In this document: in pieces, positions 16,540 to 27,809 of the stretch | Numbering within the stretch: the first letter of the stretch is position 1 | Layout: each line of letters starts with the position of its first letter | Program-made: the position numbers and the translations under genes | Assembly: GCA_036172245.1 (NCBI GenBank) | Contig: JAYWIR010000026.1 | Span: 2,108,001 to 2,172,000, forward strand | Source: Raillietiella orientalis | Lineage: Eukaryota | Direction of reading: 5' to 3' | Length of the DNA: 64,000 nt | The notes under the pieces: model-generated | Database searches by the model: none | What the model was told of the DNA's origin: nothing | What the model saw: only the letters and a program-made list of their open reading frames with translations

Positions 16540-18186
16540 ATGCCGTATTTGTCCAAAGCACTTTCACTTGGAGCCAAATTAAGCTCCAACCCTTGCTTTC
16601 CCCAATTTTTCTCAAACCTTAGAAATCCCCAATGTTTGCAAAAACATCGTTTGTTTGCCAGCGATGTCAGAGGTACATTTGCAAGGAAGGCGATTAAAAA
16701 ACGGAGCTTAAAAGAAGTCTTACTGAGCCCCGCCGGGGAAGATGGTAATTTATTGATATAATAGAATTTTAAAGTCCAATCTTGCGCTGATTATTTTAAA
16801 GCTTGTGCCTTGCACTAAGTTTGCTGTATTCAGTAATGAGAGTTAATAATTTTGGTTCATTTATGATGTCTGGTGGCACATTTAGTGTAAGGTTTAGATA
16901 TTTGGTTATTTTCAGAAGTTACATGCTTGATTGGTGTGTGAAGACGTGTTCTCGATAACTATAATTGAAATACGTATTGTGCCATGTTTTTTCTTGCAAA
17001 TGTTCTTCGATTTTTGAAAGGCGGTGTGAAGCCAGCTGATGTTCTGTATTTCTGATAGTTTGTAAATAACTTTTGCAGCATTTACTTTTGGAAAAGGATT
17101 ATTGGCTGGTAGCTCACTATTAGGTCTTGGTGCACTTTGCTACTATGGACTTGGATATGCAAAGGATACGAGTGCTATGGGCAGAATGATGTAAGACGAA
17201 CCAATCTTGATGGATGTTAGCAAGAATTAATCTGTTTTATTATTATTAGGTTGTGGTCAGATGAAGTTAGAAAGAGAATTCGATTGACCTATATGTATTT
17301 TGGTGGTGGTATCACCATCACAGCAATTAGTGCTATGGCTACTTTTCGTTCTCCAGCTCTCCTACGCTTTGCTATGCACAGACCCATTCTTGTAAGCACT
17401 ATTATGGCGCGTTCTAAGTAAATAATACTGCAGGCATGTGGATTATCATTGGCAGCCTGGATAGGTACCAGTGTACTCGTGACAGTCATGCCATACTCAG
17501 AAGGATTTGGACCAAAACAACTTGCATGGATGGCCCTTAGTGCTGTAGGGGGCGTTGTTGTGGCTCCGATTTGTATTTTAGGTGGCCCTGTTCTAACTCA
17601 GGCAGCTTGGTAATTTTTTTTTTACATGTTTTTGTGAATGTGATAATATTATGTATTGTAATCATTGGCAACTATTCTTTTAAAAATATGGACTTACATA
17701 AGATTTCTCTAATTTGAGTTTTATTCACATTAAAGTATGCACTGAAAGACTGTTTATGTGTTAGGTATACAGCAGGAATTGTGGGAAGTTTGTCAACACT
17801 GGCAGCATGTGCACCTAGTGAAAAGTTTCTAAATATGGCAGGCCCATTAGCTATTGGCTTAGGAGTAGTTTTTGCTGCTAGCCTTGGAAGCATCTTTTTG
17901 CCTCCCCAGACTGTTCTCGGAGCTAGTTTGTATTCTATGTCCATCTATGGAGGCTTGGTTCTGTTCAGTCTCTTTCTCTTATATGATACTCAGCACATCA
18001 TTAAGAAAGCAGAAATGCATCCATATTCATCCCCAGTACCATATGATCCAATTAACTCGTAAGTACAAGTGTTGTGAAGTAAATATAGATAATTTCTTCA
18101 GGTCAATTGGGATCTACTCGGACACCCTGAATATTTTCATTCGAATTGCACATATCCTTGGAAATGGAGGTAGATCTAGAAATTGA
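16540..18186 (+). CDS. GHITM: Growth hormone-inducible transmembrane protein (TMBIM5/MICS1, Bax inhibitor-1 family), 337 aa
   Basis: Exons 16540-16744, 17079-17190, 17250-17391, 17434-17609, 17765-18058, 18102-18186 (1014 nt, phases consistent). Motifs GLGALCYYGLG, LWSDEVRKRIRLTYMYFGG, AAWYTAGIVGSLSTLAACAPSEKFLNMAGPLAIGLGVVF, YGGLVLFSLFLLYDTQ, YDPINS..IYSDTLNIFIRIA. Basic N-terminal presequence-like leader. Confidence 0.96.
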
Positions 18187-18529
18187 AAGCAGTGTTTGCC
18201 AGTGCTGTGTGTATGTCTCAGACAAAATATTTGAGACAGTAAATTAATTGAATTTCCAAACAAAATACATCTGCATTCATCTGCATCTGAATGTTCACTT
18301 TGACCGTTTTATTAGCCTGCAGATGGTATTGAAATTAATGAGCAAGTAATTTGAGCCCATCGCAGTCAGTGTAAATGAAAATGCAGTGTTATGTGTATTT
18401 GCAGAAAAATGTGCATTTTTGATTTATCGGGTTACAAACTTGATGGTTATTCCAAGAAGAAAGTGTTTCTTATTTGAGATTCAGTTTCTTCTTTATCCTT
18501 ACTTCACTTTTATTACATCATCACAATGC

Positions 18530-18760
18530 ATCTAAACAACCTCCTTCTCTGCACAATAGGTGAGTAAGCTGACGAGTCGGAAGGAGTACCACTTGTGATG
18601 TGCAGCTGGCATGGAAAGGTGGTAGTTAGTGTCCAAGTTGCGAGGGTTCACACAAAGATAGTGCACTGAGATGTATGGAATGAAGATGATCTCATCGTTG
18701 ATTGTGCTTTGCAGTAAGACAGAAAAACGGAACAGAAAATGGGACTGCCCCATGCTCAGG
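18530..18760 (-). mobile_element. Decayed LINE fragment (post-RT YLG region)
   Basis: SVHYLCVNPRNLDTNYHL resembles VKYLGV.LD..L...H. Confidence 0.3.
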
Positions 18761-20986
18761 ATGCAGGAACCTAGCCTCTATAAAGTGGCCAGATTTCTTC
18801 ATATCCTGTGTTTATGAGATCCTTTGAATCATTGTGAGAGCCCCAGGCGTGTTCACAGAAGACACGGCAGAGGGACCTGAATGACTCCAAACTGTAGAGC
18901 GAGAAATACGAAAGCCTGCGTGAGAATTTGTGGGCAGTTAGCCGAAGGTTGCTGATCAGAATGAGGAACAGCCATCGAAGAAAACGGCAACATACGTGTT
19001 GTGCACTTCGTTTCTCAACGGGAAGCCCATGGACCTGCAGGATGTGCGTATTGCTACTGCTTCACGACCTTGCAGAAGACCGTACGGCTACATTTCTTGA
19101 AAAGAGTTCGAAGCCGAAGCAGCTAAAATCCCAAGTAATATCTCTGTTCGCTTGGGCATTAGTGGATTCACTTGAGATTTGCAGTTCCCCGTGCTTTCGA
19201 TGTTTCCTACAGATGTGGTATGCGAACTCTTGGCGCGAAAGTTTTAGCACCTCGGTGGCCCATACGAGCAAGCCGGAAGGAGGAATCGAAAGCGCCATTC
19301 CGATTTTGCAAGTTCACCATAGAAACTCCCAGCAAAGCTTTTCGCGTGGGATTGACGAAAACGCCATCTCTCAGCTGAGGTGAACAGCAGATGTGCGAGC
19401 GGAAGAAAGCCGGATGCTTTCCCGGTACTCCCAACTTGTGATTGCATGAGCTTTTCGGTCCCACTTCCTCCCTTCTCCAAGCTGATTGATGCGTTTCCTG
19501 CACGAAGAAAACGCAGACATCTGCAGACTTGGTGGATCGCGCGTGGTCCCAGTGGGCGTCGTCGGCGCTCGCCAAAGGCGAGGAGAGCTCAGTCGCGCCT
19601 CGGAGGCCGCCTCCATTCTCGCAGGCTTTCCAGACTGCTGTTAGGACAGATGCTCTGACGAGGTGCCCGAACCCCCAAGGCAAGCGAGGGCTGTGATGAA
19701 GGGCGTTCCCACGAGACTTCCTCCCTGCTATATCGGCCGGACGTCCGTGGCCAAGCGCGCGTCCACGCGAGAAGGGAAGAGAGCCTCGGATTCGCGCGCA
19801 GGTGGGCGACATTCTCACGCACGCTCGCGACCACGGGGACCTAACATGCGGGCAAACGAAGAGAAGGCCGTTCCCCGTGGTTTGCCAGTGGGGAAGTCAG
19901 CGGAAGGTCCACTTGCGGAAGACGCGTTCCCGAGAACAGAGTGTCCTGGGAGCTCGGCAGACTCCCACCTCTCAGCAAAGAGTCGAGGGAAGGACAAGGG
20001 CCGTCGCCCATGCTGGAATCCGGCAGAGAGGCGGGAAAGAGGAGCTCTCGCTGCTACGCGAGTCGCAAGGGGCGAGGAGGGCAGCGGCACCTTCCCCAAG
20101 CAGGCCGCTGTGCCGCGGACCCTGCAAAAGTGAGCGCCTGTTGCTATCGCGCGGGTCATCTGGAGCTGGGAGGGGCCATTGGCAGGCATACCAGGCAGCT
20201 CATTCCGGAAGCTGCGGGAAATATCCTGGTGGGAGTGCGGGTGAATTTCGGCATCCGAGGGCTCCCCACTGACGGAGGCAATCCCGGGAAAGGGCTGGGC
20301 GAAAGAAGGGGGAAGTGTTGGAGAATGGGAGTCCTCGTGAGCGCACTCAACCACTAGGTGTCCAGCATCAGCTTTCGGTTCCTACCTTTCCTTTCCCTTT
20401 TCTCCCTACGGGAGGAAAGGGAAAGGAAGGAAAAGCTCTCGAAGTCCGAAGGAGCTGCTACCAACCGTCGATCAGGAGCACAGCATGTCGGCGGGGTGCC
20501 ATGTCGTCGTAGGAGAAAGAGGAACAGCAGCGGTCGTCTTGAGCCGAGACTGCAGCACGCTGCGTCCGCCAGAGTCGGCCGGCGCTCCCCCCCTCCCCCC
20601 TCCTTCCTATTCCCCTCGACTTCCCTGTGCTCACCCCTCGCGAGAACTGACCGCTCCGCGAAGACGCTCTCACGGCGGACCTCTCTCGCCGGGCTTGTGC
20701 GGACTCCCTTCTCCTCCCCCCCGGAGACAACGCCGGGAGTCGGCGCTCCCAGCGCTCTCTCCCGTCCGGAAGCGCAACGACTCCGTCCCTTCCTGCAGGA
20801 TCGGCTCCGAGCGGGCGGTGCTGCGAGGGGCGGCGGTCCCGCTCGCGCGAAGTGCCCCGCGTGCCCCACAGGGCGCACGTGCGAAGCGACGCGAGCGAGT
20901 GACGAACATCTGAAAGAGTGCGCACGAGCCAGGTCGCGACTCTGTGATCCAAGTGTATAGGGAGAAATCCTTTCCTCCCTTCCTCG

Positions 20987-21026
<40 letters not shown>
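20987..21026 (+). repeat. 40-nt poly(A) run
   Basis: Direct count of uninterrupted A residues. Confidence 0.95.
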
Positions 21027-21028
<2 letters not shown>

Positions 21029-22324
21029 TGCGAAACAAAATAATTGCCTTGCGGCAAAAGCGCATGCGTTTGTCAGTTTGCTGAGATTGTGGCCGAGCAG
21101 CCAGGCTCGTGCGTGGCACGCCTGTCGACGGTTCCGTGCCACATCGCGCGCCAGGACTCCTGTGTACGAAGCTTACTGTATGTCGCGCTTTCGATGTACA
21201 ATGCCCGTTGTGTACGCCGTGCTTTTTCGATGATCCCTTATTTCCCTTTGCTTCCGTTTTCCTTCATCTTTGCCCTTCTCCTGCTGCTACCGCTGGACTC
21301 GGTTCGCGAATTCCCGCCCAAAGTTGGCTGAGGCTGAAAGGAATCTTTGGCGATCGTGCAGCCGCCCAGGTGGGGGCGCAAGCAAGAGATCCCCGCGGCC
21401 GGAGAGCCGCGACTGTCGCAGCTCGCGGCGTGGTCACGTGGACCGTGGCGAGGCGTGCCAGCAGTCCATCCTGCGTGCGGCCGGCCGCTCGCGAAAATCG
21501 GCGCCTCCTGGAAATGCCGGGATGCGCGCGCGCGCTCTTCAGCTCACGTGCAGCCGAACAACTCTGCCGGGAAGACTTTTTTCCGAGGGGGGTCAGCGAA
21601 AGCGCGAGCCCCTCCTCACGCGCTCTTCAGCGGAGGTCTTCAGGTCTTCCGCCGCTGAACGGGCAGTTGCCGAGTCGAAGTTTGAACCGAGGAACAAAAG
21701 AAATTTCCGCGGTCGGCGAACCAGGCTGGCACATGAAACCGGTTTGTTTTCCGTGCCTCCCGAAGCTGAAACGGATCCGTGCTCACCGGATGAGAGGGAA
21801 GGTTCCCCTAGCGCCTTTCCATCACAGACATGACCAGCATGCCCCCCCCTCCCCCCAAGGCGCTCCCAACGCATTCACATGACTCACGCTCAAGCTACAC
21901 CGGGAAATGATTTGGTGAATTTTGGGGGGCGCAGGTCAAATACTGTTCAAACTCTAAGCGCCGCGGTAGTTTAAAAATCGGTCGTTGCTTTCGTTTGCTC
22001 TTCTTCTTTGTGCGGACCCTGATGCACTCTATTTGCACACCCTCAGGCAAGGGGGAAGGGGGAGCTCCCGTGTGCGCACAGAAACACACACGATGAGGAC
22101 AAAATGGAAGGATGGGATACGCGAAGATGAAAAACCGGTCCAGTGGGACCAGCCTCCCTCCCTCTCGTCCGTCCACAGGGTGGCGAAAGACCCGGCCACG
22201 CAGGCCCGCCATCTTCCACGCGTCTCCACCCGTCGGGAGGCATCCCTTGGGCCGGTCGCTCACAGGGCGACTAACCTTCCACACGCACCCCCACCCCCAC
22301 CGGCGGGGGTAGCAGCTGCGGGCT

Positions 22325-22545
22325 ACAAGCGAGGGACGAGCGCGGACTCGGACGACCTGCTGTCCCCATGTCCCGCGACCGTGGTGGCGTGGAGGACGCA
22401 GCGCGCGTTCGTTCGGCTGCAGCTGGTCGACGGTCACGGAGGTGTCGCTGGTCGTCACGTGTTCGCAGGTCGTATCGTTCAGCAGGCCACGGTCGGGCCC
22501 TCTGCTTCACTGGGCCTCCATCCGGTCCGAGGTCAAGTCGCTTTT
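22325..22545 (-). pseudogene. Frameshifted fibronectin type III-like exon relic
   Basis: SDLTSDRMEAQ*(W position)..HVTTSDTSVTVDQLQPNE, then after a frameshift CVLHATTVAGHGDS, follows the FN3 pattern TS.SI.VSW..TS.TV..L.P...V.A.T.AG.G. Strong GC3 bias. Confidence 0.45.
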
Positions 22546-23084
22546 GTTTTGCTTGGGATCAGGGCCAGCTGAAGGCCGGCTCAGAGCTGACCCAGCCGCC
22601 TCACGCAGCGAGAAACGTCCCCGCGAGGGGCTTTCGCGGAAGGGGCGTCGGTCATTTTTTCCCGCGCCCGGACGGAGGAGAGGAGGGGGCCAACCCGCCG
22701 CGAGTAGCCTCCCCCCCCCTGGTCGGAGTGTGCCAAAGGGGAGCGCGCGCGCGCACCCCGTGGTCACGCACGCCTCCCAACCCGACCGCTGCTCGCGCGC
22801 GCGTGCGCAGACGATGTTGGCGGCGGCGTCGTGCGACAACAATGGACGGGGCGGGGGGGGGGGGGCTCTGAACATTTGAGGAAGGAAGCCGCCGGCGGAC
22901 TGTCCGCCGACTCGCTGCAAAGGAAAAACCTCCATATAATTGTTGCTATGGATCGAATCCAACAAACAACATGGAGGATTAATCCTTGCGAACCTCGAAA
23001 AAATTTTTCGTTATGTAACTCCTATATACATCTGTTTTGCATTACTTCTTACTTGGAAAAATTTGGAGTGCCCCTTCCAAAATC

Positions 23085-24999
23085 ATGAACTGTGGACAAT
23101 ACCCGTAAGTTCAACGAGTTGTTTTAGAATCCACAGTTGCAAACGAAAAATTCGGTCTTTTCTGGTAATTCTCCTCAAAGCAAACCTTATTTGTCCAAAA
23201 GCTCACGTCTCACTTTGAAAAGAATATATATATATATATATCCCGCTTTTAAAATAAAAGGGAGGAAAAGAATTTAACCTGCTGTCAATGCTCTTTTGTA
23301 ATGACATCCTGCTTCGTACCTGAATTTGATTCAAAACATACCAAAGTAGGATGCGGTTTTGTTCACACACATTAGAAAGAGTTCACCTCATCTCTGAGTT
23401 TTCTTTTAAAAAAAGTCCACTGCCGTCTTCTGTAGATTCGCTTCCCCCCCTCCCCCCTCCCTCTCCCCTGATGCTTAGCATTTCCACAAGTTGAGAACGG
23501 CAAAAACAAATGAGCCGACACGTAACGTCATTTGCATTTCAAGCGGGAATGCGCACATGCAGTATGCGATAGGAAAGAGAGGGAAAGGAAAATAGGAGAG
23601 ACGCAAAAATAAGTGGAGAAAAAAAAAAAAAGAGGAACGTGTAAACACTGACCACGCAAACAGACGTGCGTCCTCCTCGGGCAGGATGGCGGCTCACCTC
23701 TCGGTAGCCGCAGGCGTGCGGCGACCTACGCGGCCGCGCCGGCGGGCCCCACGCTGGGCCGCCAGGAGAACAGCGTTCCCTTCCACAGTTTCCCGTGGTA
23801 CAGATGCACTCGCGAGATGAGATCGACGACCAATCCCAAGGAATTTTTTCAAATTATTTATCGGCGAACGCCAACTTTGCTCGCATTTATTTCTGGAGGC
23901 ATCGGCGCTCAACCTCACGGTTGGCAAGTGCTTTTTTTTTTTTTTCAAAATAAAGGGAACAGTAAAGGAAGAGATGGAAAACCTCTGCACCATTATCCTG
24001 CCTTTGTGCAGCGCGCGTTTCCATGTAAGAGTTCCATGCCAGATACACACGAATGCAGAGGGCGTGAGCTTTTCTTGGGATTTTCTCTGTTTCATGAAAT
24101 AGGATTTTGTTTGTACTCTGTATAATAATTTTTTCCCCTGCACGCCCCCCGCCGTATCCTAATGCAATTCTCATGAGACCAGAAAACTTCTCACTCGTAG
24201 TGACGTATATGAAGAATACGAAAGACGACTTTCAGAACTTGATAACTATGATCCCCTGAGTTTGGATCGTCAAATCGAGGCGCAGGCGTGCAGATACTGT
24301 AAGTAGGAGGAGGTGGAAGTCCCCTCCCTCCCCCCGCCCCTCCTACTATCCTCACTTTTCCATTTTTTTCCTAGACTCTAAATATGACCCAGACGCCTTG
24401 CTAGATTACCAGATGCGGCGCAGGCGTAGAGCGCGAAGTCAAGCCAACGTCTGCGTCGTCTTCATGATAGCCGCCATCGCCCTGTTTGGCTTGTACTTGC
24501 TGGTTCCCCAGGTTGATATACTGTCACGGTCCAAAGGGGTTTCGAATTCTCTTCCAAGGACCTGACGCCTGACTCCGCGGAGGACGTGAAGAGACCCGGC
24601 CCTCCTCCGGTAAAGAGAGAGGAAGGAGAAACGCCTGGCAAGGGTCCTGCAGATACAGCAGCGAAAGGAGGGAAAGCAGCACCGGCAGGGAAAGGGACGG
24701 CCGAAGCGGGAAAGCAGGCGAAAGGAGGGAAAGCAGCACCGGCAGGGAAAGGGACGGCCGAAGCGGGGAAGCAGGCGAAAGGCGCCAGAGCGGGGAAGAC
24801 CCAGAAGTTTCTATCTGACGAGAAAGAGAGTGCCCCGGAGTACGCTGGTGACGCAGAAAGCGAGTGGAGCGACGACGAAGAGGTAGTGGAATACTCGGAG
24901 GGCGTCTACGAGCTCGGCGAAGAGAACCCCGCCTTACACGACGCTCTCGTAAAGGACTACGTGGGAGCACACCAAAGAACCGGGGTCATAAGGATCTGA
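23085..24999 (+). CDS. Putative 231-aa single-pass (type II-like) membrane protein with Lys/Gly/Ala repeat and acidic tail
   Basis: Exons 23085-23104 (tentative), 24201-24298, 24375-24511, 24559-24999, all GT-AG and in phase. RRRRRAR precedes the hydrophobic segment VCVVFMIAAIALFGLYLLV. AATAAA at 25099-25104. Confidence 0.7.
24661..24782 (+). repeat. 57-bp coding tandem duplication (AKGGKAAPAGKGTAEAGKQ x2)
   Basis: Units 24661-24717 and 24718-24774 differ at one position; partial third unit GCGAAAGG. Confidence 0.95.
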
Positions 25000-25949
25000 T
25001 TTCTTCACGCGCGTCTCTCGCGGAACCTACTGGCAGCTCGGTCCGTTTGATTTTCCCGAAACCCCGATGCGAATCTTCACTGGATTACTCGCACTGCAAA
25101 TAAAGAAAATCCAAAGCTTCCCGGGTGCGCTCCAGCAGCCGCTTCTCAGGGGAGGAACAGCTTCTCCGGGGGACAGGGGGAGGGCGCTGCGTTCTTCCGT
25201 GTTGCTGTCGGCAGACGGCGCAACATGGTTTCAAGGTGAGCGCGTTCAGAGGGTCGCAGACTGCGACACCCCAAGACAGCATCGGTTGTCTCCCCCCCCC
25301 CCTCTCCCCTCCCCTCCCCCAGTACAAATGAGGCGAAGGCGAGCAGCGGAACAGGAACGGAGAGAAAGCGTTGGCGCGCGCATCCATTCGCGGTTCCTGT
25401 CGTGTGATTCGTTTGGAATCTCACGCGTACTGACGTGGAGCACGACTGAGGGCCGCCAGCTGACAAGAAATCGCCGAGAATTCTTTTGCGCGTGCACGGA
25501 ACATCACTTCCCGAGAGACGCGGTGCGAGAAAGGAACGAGGAAAGGAAGTGAAGTTGCTGCAGAGCAATCTGAAGACTCGTTACAGAGCCCTTCGGATCG
25601 TTGGGACTACCGAATGAGCCCCGAAGCAAACTTCGGGGTTTGCCATACAGTACGATCATCACGAGACTGATCCGGTTTCGTAGGAAACAAGTCTTTGAGC
25701 GTCAAGAGGGATAACCGGTCAGTCGAAGATCCCGAAATGCCTCCGCACGCAGTCTGCTCGGTGAGAATAAGGAAAACCCGCCAAGCCGCCAGGGGTGTTC
25801 CTAAGAGCGTGATCAATCCGCAGGTCCTCATTCGTGTTTCGCACATGGCAGCAGATGCTCGCACGGAGCCCCCCTGCGTGTTCCACGCGGGAGGAAGCTT
25901 CCCCTTTAGGGCGCACTGCTCGCACGCCGGGGCCCGCTGCTGGTCCGAA

Positions 25950-27400
25950 ATCCCACGGTACCCACGGAGCACACCGCGCACAACACGCTCTTCCGATGGA
26001 AGCAACTGAGGAAGCACTTGCCGGGTGCCCTCGAGCTCGCACGCTGCTGCATGCTGTGCCGCCCACCACCAAACTATTATTCAGTGGACCACCAATTTCC
26101 TCACATTCGGGATGCTCCTTAAGGGAGGTCAGCTCGATTCGATACCGCTTTCAGACACGCGTGTCACGCCGATGGCTTGCAATAACGGGGAACCCGAAAA
26201 GGACATGCCACGTCCCACTAATGGTGAGTTGCCAGCCGGCCCAGGATGGCGTAGCTCGTGGTCGTTACCTCGGCAACAGCTGCAAGCACGCGAGATTCGG
26301 GACGCAGACACGCTGAGATCCGATTTCTGGTAGGGAACCCAGCTCCTCAGAAGAGCACAAAACATGCGAGGGAGGCAAACGCGTAGTGCAAAATCAACCC
26401 CTGCGAGGCAAGTTGACTCCGCCCTACGATCCAAACTGCCGACCGAAATCTGCGACCCGAGATCCACGCAAAGCAAGCGCTTCTGAGGCGTGCGGAAATC
26501 TTTACCTGGACCTGCCAAACGCATGCCGATGCCATTTTTACACAAAACGCGCAGTAAAGGCTCGACCTGCTTTTCATGTGAAAAATGCAAATCCTCCTGG
26601 AAAGTCCACGTTCGAGTACGGCCGGACGAGAGGCCGGAACCCCGCAGGCCAAACAAGTGTGGCGTGCCCTTCGCCTAAAACACACACATGGATTTCCGAT
26701 CTGGAAGCCGATGGATGAATGGGAGATGACCACCGCACGGTGCACTCCCACGCGCTCTTTGGACAGTTCTGAGGTCTCTTCCTTCGCTACTGCCACGATC
26801 CCGGCCTGCAGCCATTCACGCATGGACAGCGTGCTGCCCGTGCAGTGTTGCCGAAAGAACACGGGCATACCCAATAACCCAGAAGTGCTCCGTAGGATCC
26901 GATGCACTTTCTTCCCGGCGCAGCGACTCTGCGAAAGGCACTTCCGCTTGGCCGCTGGGATAATTCCCACGGAGAACGTTTTGTTTACGGGAGTCCCTGC
27001 CGGGTAAACTTGGAGCGAGCAGAGCGCGAGTTGTGCAGAAGCGCATCCGGCGTGGCTCCTCTTGCAGTAGCCTGGGGCGTCTCCTGGCAGCAGCCGAGGC
27101 ATGCGTTGCTACTATTAATAAACAGTACGAAGCAATGGTAGCCGCCAAACGTTTCCAGGCAAACGTGCGAAACCCACTGGCAGAATACCAAACCGGGGAC
27201 ACGAGGGCGCAGTCGGCGCCCTCCTGCCGACAAGGCCAGGTGGAATAGAAACGCCCGAGTCCGTTGCCACGAGAGACGCAGGCCGCCACTTCCCAGCAGC
27301 ACCCATCGTTCGAATGGGCAGCAGGCGGTGCGTCCACAATTGCTCGGTCCGCTTCGCCTTCCGAGAGAGAGGCGAAACAGATTGGAGGGACGGCGACCAC
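25950..27400 (+). mobile_element. Decayed CR1/L2-like LINE RT
   Basis: Remnants in RT order: QPAQDGVARGR (Q.GF..GR), NLYLDLPNA..KRAVK (IYLDF.KA..KLL.K), GTPQA (GVPQG), GDD, then KQYEAMV..VRNP (LYK..VRP..VWNP). Confidence 0.45.
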
Positions 27401-27809
27401 GCGATTCGCCCGGCGGCATGCGCCGGGATTCCGTCCTCTGTGGCCACATTCGGGTCCGAATGGGAATCGACACCACGACCACTTCCAAAGGGGGGCGGAA
27501 CAAAAAGCCCACCCTGGCGCATTCGACCAGAAGACGAAATCAGTCGGGGGTCTTCCAGCAAACCACGGAGGATCGGCGAGCATCGGAAATCAACTCGGGT
27601 CACACGGTGGGGTACAAAGAATTTATATTCTGCCGAGCGTTTCACGCAGGTCTTCGCTAATGGAAGCGGAAAAAGACACTCTGGGCGGCAAAGAATGGAC
27701 TGAAAATGAGATTGCAAAAACAGAAACATCTCTATTCACTTTCGCTATATAAAAATCTGCGCTGCCGGGCTAGAGCGTGGTCCAAAATGCAATCGTGCGC
27801 GGATTTCTT

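Noticed and set aside
19655..19675. Hammerhead ribozyme core (CTGACGA..GAAC)
   Set aside because: No GAAA and no convincing stems I-III. Similar partial cores near 38093, 43957 and 53085 also fail.
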